64,000 nucleotides of DNA from Albugo candida (lineage: Eukaryota). Shown in pieces: positions 25,489 through 37,400 of the stretch (the first letter of the stretch is position 1; every line of letters begins with the position of its first letter). The notes under the pieces were generated by a model. It made no database searches. It had not been told where the DNA came from and saw only the letters and a list, made by a program, of their open reading frames with translations. The position numbers were made by a program, and so were the translations under genes. The stretch is taken from the NCBI GenBank assembly GCA_040437565.1, contig JBDOQK010000040.1:124001-188000 (forward strand). The letters are read 5' to 3'.

Positions 25489-26875
25489 TTATTGACCAAT
25501 GGGATTTGAGATAGTTTTAATCGGAAAAGGCAAAATGCAAATAGAAAGCTCTTTTCGTTCATTTAGATGCAATGCTGTGAATACATACGAGCGAGCCTCT
25601 CTGATATACGATGATCTGATTAATGGTTCTGAATCTCCTGCGCAAATCTTCTTCAACAGCTAATTGACTGCGCCCTCTCCATATCTCATCAACGTATTGG
25701 GGCTCATCCATAGAGACATTCGCAACGCTGTAGCTGGTTGAGTGATACCGCAATAGATTTTTTGAGAGAAATAGCTGCTTTGGTCGGATGCTAGCTATTC
25801 CAAGACTTGGGGTGAGCATATTACTTCTCTCCTACAAAAAAGCTGCAATCTTTTAAGAAAATGTGTCAAACTAGGGTCACCGATCGAATTCTTCAAATTC
25901 GACACAGCTTGAAAATTCTCAGCAGAAGCTTCGTCGTATACTTTTTAAGCGTATTGAAAATCAGCAATCACTTGCATAGGATTTTAACGCCTATGGTACG
26001 AATGTTGGGCTCAATAAAATCGAAGCTGATCCACTTCATGGGAACGACTTGCTGCAGCTGGGAGGATTGAACGTGTGTTTAACGATGTACAAAGGAGAAG
26101 CTATACGGTCCAGCGGATATCGAAACGTGAAGACTGACGTCCATGAAAATCATCATTCACCGTAAATTGAGCGGGGTGGAATATTCGACGGATAAGCAGT
26201 GTGCAAATTCTCAGCAGCCCTCTAAACACATCTTCTCCAATATCGTGGGGTTATGTGCTCGCCGTAGAAAAAGTACTTTAAGAAATTCGCACCAACGTCC
26301 TAATAAGGACAGCGTGATACGCACCCCTTTTTTCCGATCTATCCCTCGACGCTTCTCAATTGAACTGAAGTGTCTATTTCAAGACGCCGGCCGCCTGATC
26401 AATCTCTGCGACAACTTTTCTTGCAAGCTTAGAACACGCGAACAAGTTGGCTTACAGTAAAATGGTTCTTATTAAGCGCTCAATGCGCAAATGTTTCAAT
26501 TTCAGTTTTCCATTTGCAACGTACTGAGCTTCCAAAAATATGCGAAATTGAGCAAGACAATGGTATGACGCCGTGTATCGTCTAAAGTAGAAGATGTAGT
26601 TCCTCCGTGAAATCGAGGAGTCCTTACTCAGTCCATCCCAATCCAAATCAAAGCGGATTCCTAGCCAACCACTGGGCGCGGAATGCATCATCACATTGCA
26701 CTGAGGGTGTCTATGTTTGCTCATGGAATGCCGTTGTTTGAATACAAATTATCTGCACACTCAACGGCGTAAATATTGTCTCAATTCTTCAACATCGTCC
26801 GCATTTTTGACTGGTTACCATAATATAACATAGTGCTGTCTGTAGAATCAAAATAAATGCAGACCTAACGTGCAT
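25489..26875 (-). pseudogene. Family-B putative secreted-protein pseudogene, copy 1 (~450 codons)
   Basis: Signal-peptide-like MHVRSAFILILQTALCYIMVTS from ATG 26875, then a long stop-interrupted frame (NADDVEELRQYLRR...GWLGIRFDLDWDG...IYCGITQPA). Homologous to 43306-44830 and 31610-33060. Confidence 0.6.
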
Positions 26876-27377
26876 GCATTTGGTCGAGTCACTGCTTGAG
26901 ATTTCTATAATCAGCCTACTTGGAAGCTACTTTGGGAGCTGTCTCGTTCACAGCGTCTCCGATTGATTACGGATCAAATTCTCTGCAAAAGCTGGTTCGA
27001 CAAGTTGGTATGAAAAAAGGAAGGAGCGTTCCCTAAAAAACTTAGCCATATGCGATTCTACCACGTATTGTATACATCTGACGAGGATTTTCCTTCTCTA
27101 CCGCTCTTATGTACGAAACGTCCCACGTGTTTTTGTTACCACAAGAAGAGTCAGTCTGTATGCAAGAGAAGAAGGTCCGCATTACAGATTTCAACATCAT
27201 TCTTCTCTATTCTTTGGTGTTGTGTATGCATAGCCTTAACGTAAGCGGTGGCGGTACTAAGTTATGGTGCGAGACATCAGACAGAGAACACATTACCTTG
27301 GCCTACTTTTTCCATAGACATAAGAAACCGACATAGTCACTAGTCCAAGCTAGAATGTAATTGTTTTGTATGAATAT

Positions 27378-28074
27378 ATGAAGCATTTGCAAAGCATTCT
27401 TGGAACAGTAATCCATGTGCACTGTCAGCATCTTTCAGCCATCATCTTCGCTATTCTTGCTCTGGCTCCTACGATCAACGCCAATTCAAAAATAGCGATG
27501 AAAAATGCGAGTGACATCTCTGTTAATGACAAATACCACTACGATTTCGAATTACAGGTGGCCAACAAATTAATCTGCTTGGAGATCCTGCAAGCAGACT
27601 TCTCTGAATTCACAGCAGTTTCTATACTTGTAAATTCAGAGGGGACGTTTTGCTCATTCGTCAAAACGTACGATAACGAAAAGGTCGTCTCTTCAAAAAT
27701 TCTCATCGAGGAACATGCACCGTGTATTACCTGGATACAAACAGCACAGATAGCGCTATGTAAGTTGGCGAAAAGTGCAGCGGTCATTTTGATTGCGAAT
27801 ATGGGAATCAATGTGCTCACGACAAATGCTCGAACAAGCCGGGAGTTTTGCAACATGTGTAGGGATGAACCCTCGAGAGAATGATGTGGTCGCAAGAACC
27901 GAAAATAGATCGCATCAAGATTGTGTCAAACAATTTGCCTCTAAGAATGGTGCAAAGGATACAGAATATTCTGTCAACACGTACGATGGAAAAACGAGTA
28001 AGTGCACTCACGCTACTGGTATCAAAGGACTTACCACGATAGAGCTGAAACAGGATTTTTACCTTGAGAAATAA
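27378..28074 (+). pseudogene. Family-A secreted Cys-rich protein pseudogene, copy 1
   Basis: HCQHLSAIIFAILALAPTINA, CSGHFDCEYGNQCAHDKCSNKPGVLQ and DCVKQF...TYDGKTSKCTH match 33765-34448 but are split over three frames. In-frame TAA at ~27761 where copy 3 has GAA. Confidence 0.8.
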
Positions 28075-28384
28075 CTTTTCTCACTTTCATGATGAGATGT
28101 TTGTAATGCGAAAATACATTTGAGTGCTGACTTTTCTTTGTCGAATTTTGCTCGCATACTATCTTTGCTTCAAACTGGACCGCTCTTTATCTCGCTCAGC
28201 ACTGACTGATTACAGCATTCCTCTTGGCTAACAGCACACGCTTTCGAACGATATGTAAAAAGGAAGAGGATGCTTGGATTGAAAAGAATAAGTAATACTG
28301 TGCGGACCATTGTTTGAGCCAGGGAAGTTTTTCTGTCCGCAAAGAACAAAAAGGGCAATTCCATGACGTGCATAGTACCTCTGT

Positions 28385-31300
28385 TATTGGCTCAGTTGAA
28401 CGTGTCTATATTACTAGTGTTGAAACACTTCGGCTACTGAAGGCGACAGAGTGGGACTGTTGATGGGTCCAAACATGAGTGATGGTGAAACGACGCGACC
28501 ATTCGGGATGGGCAAGGTGATTTGGAGAAACCTACGCAGAAGAGATTGAAGGTAACGGACAGCGAAGGTAACTCAAGACATAAGCTTTAATACATTAAGT
28601 TCTCGATTAACCATCTAACTCTCAGCTCGGCTTCTACAGGTTATGAGCCCAAAGCATACTGACTCCACCTCCGCTCAGTTCGGCCCGGCACGCGGCGTTG
28701 CCGAGACGAACGTGAACGCACTGAACGTGGTTACTGACCCGTCTCAGATACGAGAGAAGGCGCGATCGGTCTCGGGAACTTCCGAGGCCCAAGATGGCGT
28801 TAGTCAAACCTCTGACGTGAGCTNNNNNNNNNNNNNNNNNNNNNNNNNNNNNNNNNNNNNNNNNNNNNNNNNNNNNNNNNNNNNNNNNNNNNNNNNNNNN
28901 NNNNNNNNNNNNNNNNNNNNNNNAATTACAACGGAGTCACTACTTCACGTCGACAATCAAGCAGCGATAACTCAGATCAGGAGTGAGGACACGTCTGGTC
29001 GAGCTAAGCATATTGACGTGCGGTACAAGTTTGTGAAGGATCTCGAAAAAAAAAGTTATCAAGGTACAGTACTGCGAGTCCTAGAGTATGCGTGCGGCCA
29101 TCCTGACCAAGGTGCTCCCAGCGCCGCGACTCAGCGAACTACGCGGACTTGTGATGCTCAGTGGGTAAGGAATTCCACACGGGAAGGAGTGTTGGAACAG
29201 TGCGACTACTGAAGGCGACAGAGTGCGACTGATGATGGGTCTGAGCATTAGTGATGGTGAAACGACGCAACCATTCGGGATGGGCAAGGTGATTTGGAGA
29301 AACCTACGCAGAAGAGATTGACGGTAACGGAGATTGGAGGTAACGGACAGCGAAGGTAACTCAAGATATAAGCTTGAATACATTAAGTTCTCAATTAACC
29401 ATCTAACTCTCAGTTCGGCTTCTACAACTAGAATTAAGCTAACTGACTTCTCTAGTTGCCTAGGCTATCTTAAATAGCAAAATATACATATAAAAAACGT
29501 TTCGTGAAATACTTGTGAGAGATGATAATATGTTTTCTCGTTGATAACCCCGTATCGCAGTAATCTCAGCCACCTTAATACGAGACTGTGTCCAGCTTGT
29601 AAATGCTGTAAAGGTAAAGTTGTAAGGTTGTAAAAATGGTCCAAAAGTACCGTGACTTGTAGAACGGTCCAAACGTATCGTGTGTTTATAATGGTCAAAA
29701 GTCCCGTGTTGTGCAAATTGGTGTGCGCCACACGACGGTGAGCATAAGCGGTCAACTAGGACTAGGATCCGAGCTGCACTTGCATTTCGACTCGCCTGTG
29801 GCGTACCCGTAGCAATGATCTTCGACTTCTGAAAAAGCCGCCGCATGATCCTTGCGTTGCGAGTTGTTCCAAAACTTTAGCAAGCCGAATGCGTTCATCT
29901 TGGTCGTAACACTGTCTTCGAAAGTACCGAACGTGTGCGCTAAACGTGAGTAGATCACGGAAATTGCTGGAATTGTCGGAGTAACAGAACGCTGATCGAA
30001 AAGACGACGATTCCGATCTGAAGTGCAGTGTCACCGCTTGCAATGCTAGCCATAAATCTGATATGATATCTAAATATTCTTTCCAATCCGACCGTAGTGT
30101 TGGTACGATTGCACATGCAATATGCGTCCAANNNNNNNNNNNNNNNNNNNNNNNNNNNNNNNNNNNNNNNNNNNNNNNNNNNNNNNNNNNNNNNNNNNNN
30201 NNNNNNNNNNNNNNNNNNNNNNNNNNNNNNNTATCCGGAGGGCGAAAAAAATGCTTTGAAGAGTTCTCCATATGCTTCACGTGATGGTCGAAGCTTTCAT
30301 CTTGGTTGTATTTCGCATTGTTTTCGACTGAAATTGTAAATTGTTGGAGACTCGATTCGTAAAAATACCGTGACTCGTTGTTGTCTTGAATGCGATATCG
30401 AGCTGCTGCGACTTCCAAAACACGCTAGCTAGACTCAACATCACGTCGGCTATCTTTTGCAACCTTTTTTTTAATGCTTTGAAGCTGTTTCTTGATATTT
30501 TTGTCTTCCAACCTTCCCACATTTTACCGGGACTCGAAGTTGTCCGTAACTGTTCGAGCACCAAAATCGCTTCCAATTTGATTGCTTCGACAGCTTTAGG
30601 ATATTCAAATAGCCGTAATGAACATTTCCAATATCCTGACTCGAAGATTGAGTTGGATTTGCAAAAGTTACTTTTTGTGCCAGATGATCTCCCGCATGTC
30701 GTGGACGAAAGTACTCAGAGGTTTTGTAAACCATATTGAATAGTTCTTCCGACATGCAAATATCATCTAGTCGATTCTTGCGCGGTAATGGTCCTGTAAA
30801 TTATTTCTTAGTCGGATGTTGGATTCGCCAAGAGTCTACCACACCCAACTGTAATAGCCATTCCAAACACGCTAATCGACTTGGTTCGTGTCGAATTGTT
30901 CCACTCGAAGCATTGATCGGGGGATCGAGTGGTGTGGTGAAATCACCAAATACGGTATATGTTGCGGTCGATTCAAAAGTGTTGGAAAGCATTGACTCAT
31001 AAAAAAACACTCGTTCCTCGGCCTTGACCGGTGCATATACATTGTGAATATACACCGGTGCATCGTAGATGATAAGACGCAAAACCAAATAGCGATTTCG
31101 AATGCTTCGTTCGGTGAGGTGTTCAGCGATTGTATAACCGGGAAAGTCCGAACGAAGGATTGTCATGACGCCGCCACTGGGATTTTGAGTCGGATGGAGA
31201 AAAGCAATGTTGTGATCATTGACAGACATTTTGTGCTACATTTTTGAGGATAATAAAAACTGATAGGAGTCCAGTTGGTTGTGATCGTGAAACTTGGTTT

Positions 31301-31530
31301 CTTGAACACAACAAAAAAAGATGGAGCGTTGTGATAGGATGTTGTCGATAAAAAGATGACCATTATGAATTCCAAAGGCATTTACCGTAAGTGCTGAGAT
31401 ATAGTTCCACGTTAAAATAATCGAGGATCCCATAGCATTCACGCTGAAGTGGACCAGCAATCAACCTCGTTTCACTATCTGCTTTGGAAAGGTGGAGTGT
31501 TGCTTCCTCTTCTGGGAAAAAGCTGAGATT
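28385..31530 (-). mobile_element. LINE (L1/Tx1-like) non-LTR retrotransposon copy 1; RT region collapsed in N gap 30132-30231; Copia inserted near its 3' end
   Basis: APE endonuclease motifs VQETKF, GGVMTI, HNVYAP, VFGDF and DSWR (30801-31400). The 3' part 29430-30130 is homologous to 46190-46830, and the homology resumes at 28390-28417 left of the Copia. Confidence 0.85.
28418..29426 (+). mobile_element. Copia LTR retrotransposon with both LTRs (28418-28638, 29190-29426); interior collapsed in N gap
   Basis: TG...CA LTRs. 5-bp TSD ACTAG at 28413-28417 and 29427-29431. PBS GGTTATGAGCCC at 28639-28650, PPT GGGAAGGAG at 29181-29189, RNase H end VDNQAAI...RAKHIDVRYKFVKD. Confidence 0.95.
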
Positions 31531-31609
31531 GACTGAGAGCTCGCTGATATCACCACAGAGAAGTCCTCGCCATTTACCACCAAACCATTGAGACCAAAAT
31601 TTTATTCCG

Positions 31610-33060
31610 ATGTCGGCAATGGAATTTCAATAGGAAAAGGCAAAAGGCAAAAGGCAAAAACAATGCTCCTTTCGTTCAATGAGATGCAATGATGTGATCA
31701 CATACGAGCGAGTCTCTATGATATTTGATGATCTGATCACTAGCTCTATATGTTTTGTGCAATTGCTCTGCTACAGCTAATTTTGTCAGGGCTCATCCAT
31801 TTTGGTCTTATCGCTGAAAAGCCAGAGACATAAGCAACCGCTTTCAGAGCACTAGCTGGCTGAGTGACACCACAAGAGATTTCTGAGAGAAATAGGTGCT
31901 TTGGTAGAATACTAGCTATTCCAAGATTTTTGGGTGGGTATCAATTACTTCTCTTCCTACAAAGCTGCAATTCGTCAAGAAAATCTCTTAAATACGATTT
32001 GTACTTTCAACACGTCAATGATCAAATCGTAACAACGACTGGATCTGAGAAAGTATATTTTAAATCAAAGAGTCTCTGCTTTTGGTATTCCTTGAAAAGT
32101 ATAAGAAGATTGCTGATATAATAGCACCGATTACGTCACGATTCCATGTCTTCAAAAAAGCTTCTCAGTGACTTTTTGAACACGTGGAGAAAATCAGCAC
32201 TATATTTGTAAATATATTCGTGCATCAATTTTTGTTATTCTACTGACGTTACGAGTGGCTGCTGACTACTGTGCTCGAGGAGACACTGCCTAGAGCTGAA
32301 TAACAAAGACTTGTTGCAGCTGAAAGAAAGAAAAGTGTGCTTAAAAGCAGATGGCAAACTTTTCAGCGTATTTTTAGTCAACGCTAACACGAGTTGCTTC
32401 TTCAAGAAATACTGCTTCCTGAGGTTTGGTCTGGCTGCTTTTTGAGAACAGCGGTTGAGCAGCTTCTAGCGGTCTAAATAGACTACTACACACAGAAGTC
32501 TATACCTTGACTACTTCGAACACGCGATTGCTAAACGCAAGGCGCTCGATCACTGAAAATGAATTTAAACACGCTTTGCGAATTCTTTTGTCTCGGGATC
32601 CTTGGCAAGAATTTGATGGATTACTCTTTAGTACAAAGCGCTGAGAGAAGGGTTGGAACAAATTAAGGCACGATGAATTGCTTCAAATCTTTGCAATAAG
32701 TGCTTTCGAAGATTAAGACGAGAAGTTTTTTATAATTAATTTGAAACGAGGTCCAGTGTTATATCGCAATTCTCTCGCAGGGTCAACGGCAATGTTGGCA
32801 AAATTATCCAATGTGGGACCGCTATCAGTGCAATAGTGGCCTCTACAGGATTGAATCAATTCCAGTACCAGTAGAGGTACCGGTATCTAATCGCCATTCG
32901 AAGAGATACTAAAAGCTTACCTTGACAGAATGCACGATAAAAACTGTTGAGGTATTCCATTGTATTCGCGTTGTATTGAAATAAATATCGGAGTTGTTCG
33001 ATACGCGCTTCATTGAAATTCATAGACCTATATTATCATCATTCTATATCTAATGACGAT
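31610..33060 (-). pseudogene. Family-B pseudogene, copy 2 (most diverged)
   Basis: 31640-31980 aligns with 25520-25860 (ISCGVTQPA vs IYCGITQPA; shared ttggaatagcta). 32050-32110 aligns with the reverse complement of 44500-44560. The 5' boundary is approximate. Confidence 0.5.
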
Positions 33061-33764
33061 CATTCCTGCTACATACGTTCACTTTCCTTTTCATTCAACT
33101 CTTATCCTAAAGGCATGCTCAATTACACGCTCATAATACATTTCGATGTCAGTAGGGACCTAGATCTCCTACTTTAAATGATATGCGGACGTGACGTTCA
33201 TGCGTTTTGCCAATTTACCACTTTGGAGATCTCTATTGATATCCTACTTTGCTGCTATTTTTAGTGCACTATTCGACCTTTATCCAAACAGAAATCAAAT
33301 CGCAGAAGTGATGATAATGACTCGTCATCTCACATTTTATTGGTTTTCAGCATTGAATACTGTTGATACCGTTAATACCGTTTATTAAAACGGAATCAAA
33401 ATAAATAGCTTATTTGATCAAAGGATAGAACATCACTCGATCTGATGGTATTTATTGCACATGACGTACGCATGCGTAACTGAGAAAAGAAGTATTTCCT
33501 TCGCCGTTCAGTTATAGAAAACGTCCCACTTGTTTTTGCGACCAGTTTTTCAGTGATATTTGCGTTATAAAATTACTACGGGTAGAGAATGGGCCCTGTG
33601 GAAGAGAGGAAGGTCTGAACTCTTTTATTTTCTCTAGTGTTTTGTGTGGAGAAACTTGGTGAAGAAAACGTGCTCAACTTTCTTATCCGGCTTTTCGCAG
33701 TACTTTTAGCCAAAGCTAATTCATTTCCAAATCTTACGTGAAACAGTAACTGCTTTTCCTGAAC

Positions 33765-34448
33765 ATGTCTTGTCAGCATCTTTCAACCATTATCTTCACA
33801 ATTATGGTTCTGCTTCCTACAGTGAAGGCTAAAAATGAGGCTCCTACGGTGAAGGCTAAAAAGGTGGAGCCTGAACATGTAATAATACGCAACGAATCGA
33901 CCACTATCATCCGCGATTCGAAACAAAGTTTCGATTACGCAATAACTCCTCCTACGGTACAAGTGTGTTTAGACATTTTCCAAGTAGGATTCAACGATTT
34001 CTCAGGATTGGCTGTTATGCAATATCTCGATGGGCGTGTTGAATGCGGTTTCGTGTGGTCTTTCAAGAAAACGACGCTCTATCCAAATAACGATCAAGAT
34101 CTCAAATGCACGGCGTACTATCGGAAATCAATAAAGAATGCTTCGGGTCAAAAGAATGCTCCGAGTCAACGCACTAACGGCAGTTGCAAAGGTCCCCTGG
34201 ATTGCTCTTATGGGACTCAATGTGTTGGCAACAAATGCTCGAGAAAGCCAGGTATTTTGCAGAATATCGAACATGTGCCCTATCGAGAGACAATGACACG
34301 GAAGACTTCGGCCAAGGAGTGTGCTAAACAATTTCCCAAGACAAACTATCCTCTGTTTACGTATGATGCACCAAAGGGTCAGTGCACACACAGTGCCGGT
34401 GCTAGTGTGTATCGCTACAAAGTAGGAGCTGAAACAGGATTGATATAA
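33765..34448 (+). CDS. Family-A secreted Cys-rich protein (227 aa), the only intact copy; possible PAN/apple-like modules
   Basis: Signal peptide MSCQHLSTIIFTIMVLLPTVKA, central C-x5-C-x5-C-x4-C (CKGPLDCSYGTQCVGNKC) and C-terminal ECAKQF...FTYDAPKGQC. INR-like TCATTTCCAAATCTT at 33721. Confidence 0.8.
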   Translation: MSCQHLSTIIFTIMVLLPTVKAKNEAPTVKAKKVEPEHVIIRNESTTIIRDSKQSFDYAITPPTVQVCLDIFQVGFNDFSGLAVMQYLDGRVECGFVWSFKKTTLYPNNDQDLKCTAYYRKSIKNASGQKNAPSQRTNGSCKGPLDCSYGTQCVGNKCSRKPGILQNIEHVPYRETMTRKTSAKECAKQFPKTNYPLFTYDAPKGQCTHSAGASVYRYKVGAETGLI

Positions 34449-37400
34449 GAAGAAGCATTTTTACCTTCATGATAAGACGCGTGTAATGCGGAAATACATT
34501 TGAGTGCTGCCTTCAGTACGGATACATCGCAGTAGTCATCTTGGCTAGCAGCGCATGCTGTTTTGAACCGAGCCATACTTTATTCAAAGTAAATGTAGGT
34601 AACACTGCAAAAAATGCTTTGATAGACCGAATATGCAAAAGTATGTGAAACATTTAGCTCTCGCCACAAAATGGAAAACAAAAAAGCCCGTAGTGGGGCT
34701 GGTGCTATCACCAAGCATCGCCTACTTATAATCACACTTTAGCCAGCATCAGCTACATCAGAGAGTTTACTGATGACGGATTCGCGGAGCAATCCGAGTC
34801 TAGTGCCTGATTCATGAGCACTTACGATCTAATTGNNNNNNNNNNNNNNNNNNNNNNNNNNNNNNNNNNNNNNNNNNNNNNNNNNNNNNNNNNNNNNNNN
34901 NNNNNNNNNNNNNNNNNNNNNNNNNNNNNNNNNNNTTTGAACCGAGCCATACTTTATTCAAAGTAAATGTAGGTAACACTGCAAAAAATGCTTTGATAGA
35001 CCGAATATGCAAAAGTATGTGAAACATTTAGCTCTCGCCACAAAATGGAAAACAAAAAAGCCCGTAGTGGGGCTGGTGCTATCACCAAGCATCGCCTACT
35101 TATAATCACACTTTAGCCAGCATCAGCTACATCAGAGAGTTTACTGATGACGGATTCGCGGAGCAATCCGAGTCTAGTGCCTGATTCATGAGCACTTACG
35201 ATCTAATTGTACTATTAAATACGGAATATCTCTTCATAAAGTGATCAATCTGCGTTAGCACCCGTATTTCTTGGCATTAATACATCAGTTCCTAGGGGAA
35301 TTGTTTGGCGGGAGCTATCTCCTGGAAAGTTAGATGCAAGCACTATGAGACGTCGCTTCAAGGCCTAGATTGCTTCGACTCTGGATGCCCCCATAACGTC
35401 CGTATCATCAAATTGCCTATTATTGGCAGTTCTGTTTGATATGCTTCGAAAAGCTGTTATGAAATGTTGAGAAGTGCTATCCGGACACGCAATCCGACAA
35501 ACGTTTAGTAATCGAATACCTCAAAAAGCGTTTGTAGAAATGGAGTTGGTACATGAATTTCATCCGCATTTTCTTCGCGAAAATGATTGGCGGTGAGATT
35601 GATAGATCAGCAAAAGGAGTAGAGAGTGCAAGTAACAGAAAGAGCGATCAACGTCGTTGAACGTGATTCACATTGTTGCTAAAGTGTGGGCGGATCTTAT
35701 GTACCAAGTGAGAGATTAGTCGCGTGCGTATATTATTTACCTATATCTCCCTAACGTAGAAGGATGCAAAGATCCTCAGGTATGGAATAAATTACCGATC
35801 GAGTTGAAATTCTTAGACGATTTCGTGAAGACTACATCACTAGCAATGACGCAACTTCCAATGTACAATCCATTCAATGAGAGTACCACGTGATTGTGGA
35901 TCAAGGCCGCTAAACGAAGAATTATAAGTTGGTTTCAGCGCGCTTTATGTGCGCTGGCGGCGCGCATTGCGACAATTGGTAGATTTGGGAAGGATGAGCA
36001 TCCTAATGAATTGATTTTCAGCGTTGAAAAGTAGAAATGCGATGAAGTCTACGGATGACTTACGATCATGTGAAGTCCGCCCTCAACGCTTGCTGAAATC
36101 AAGTTGCAGCCTTGCAGAGCGGAGATGCTGCTCAAAGAACGCATCGGAGTTTAAGGAATAAGGTATGACTAGAGATCAATTTGAACGTTCAAAGAGTAAG
36201 CTGTCCAGTGTCTTTCTGCATGGCAAAAGTCTGGTGATAAGGACAATAGTCGACCGCGATAGGATTACGACATACATGTCGAAAATCATTTATCCGCGAA
36301 ATTTACGGATGAAGCATTCCGCAATAACTTTCTTAGATCTTGAGGTACTTGCGACCAAACACGGTTTATAATATTCCGTAAAAAACTACATCATCAAGCA
36401 CATGTCTTTACATATTTGGAAAAGGTTTCTTGTTGGTAACCACTCAAAGGAATGGCCTAGGCGAAGGAGGATAGAAGAAGTGAGCGGTATGGTAGTAAAA
36501 TACTTACTTGGGTACGAGACTATATTCCAAGTAATTCTCGAGCTTAGGTAGTGAGCGCCGTGCCTACTATTTATAAGAAATATGTTGAATTCGGTTAGGA
36601 GCACGTTCTGAGAAATCCAGCCCAGAACCTGAGACACCGCAGAGAGGATTAATATAAAGGAAGCTTTATTTTCGGGACTGCTCAAGCCCTTCAGCGTATG
36701 ACGATAGCACGATTCATATCGGCTGATGACATTAAGACATGTTTATAACCTTCTGCAGCAAGTATCCACGAACTGATGCCGTGCTCTATGAGATATTTGC
36801 GTCTACCTGCTAATATCCCAGCTATAATGACAAAGCTCCGAACCCTAATATTCAGTTAATTTGTATTACCAGTATTAAAGAGGAACGTTTAATCGGTGAT
36901 AGAAGATCGGGTTCCTCGGAAACGCAAATGCTTGATATAGTCACAATTTCTTTCAGTCCTTATGCCCGCATGGAGTTGTCTAACCATTCGACCTTTTATG
37001 CGTGCCAATCGAATGTGAGATCAAGTATACACGAGATGAACCTCGAATACTTCACAAGTCATGATGGAAAATTTCCTGCTAGATAAAGATACCAGTATCG
37101 TTGCGGATCCTACCAAGTCTTCCAAAAGAGAAAGGTTATAGAACTTTTTATGCGACGTCATACACTATAAACGCAGTGAGCTTAGACATGCCAACAATCA
37201 AGTGACGAATTATGTCTGGGCCCTGGTATCGATCACCTAATTTGTCATCATCATCTATCAGAATCGACGCATACGTTGTCATCGATGCCGTAATAAAACC
37301 TATTTCAAATAAGAGGAGCATGACTACAGACGGAGAAAATGCTTTCTCGAATAAAATAGAAGATTTGATAAAATACATACTATGGATTTTTATTAGTTTC

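Noticed and set aside
26790-26810. CGRC (CxxC) after the family-B signal peptide, suggesting a CCG/CHXC effector
   Set aside because: It is followed by TGA in both copies 1 and 3, lacks the downstream Gly, and the longer conserved frame is a different one (NADDVEELRQYL).
28418-29426. Possible TRIM/mini non-autonomous LTR element of ~1 kb
   Set aside because: The small size is due to the internal N gap. The gag start and RNase H end flank it, consistent with a collapsed full-length element.
31630-31660. (AAAAGGC)n short repeat; also gctaatcact twice at 45030-45062 and cacattccgta twice at 24977-24999
   Set aside because: Simple slippage repeats with no spacer structure. No CRISPR, tRNA or rRNA features were seen in the window.
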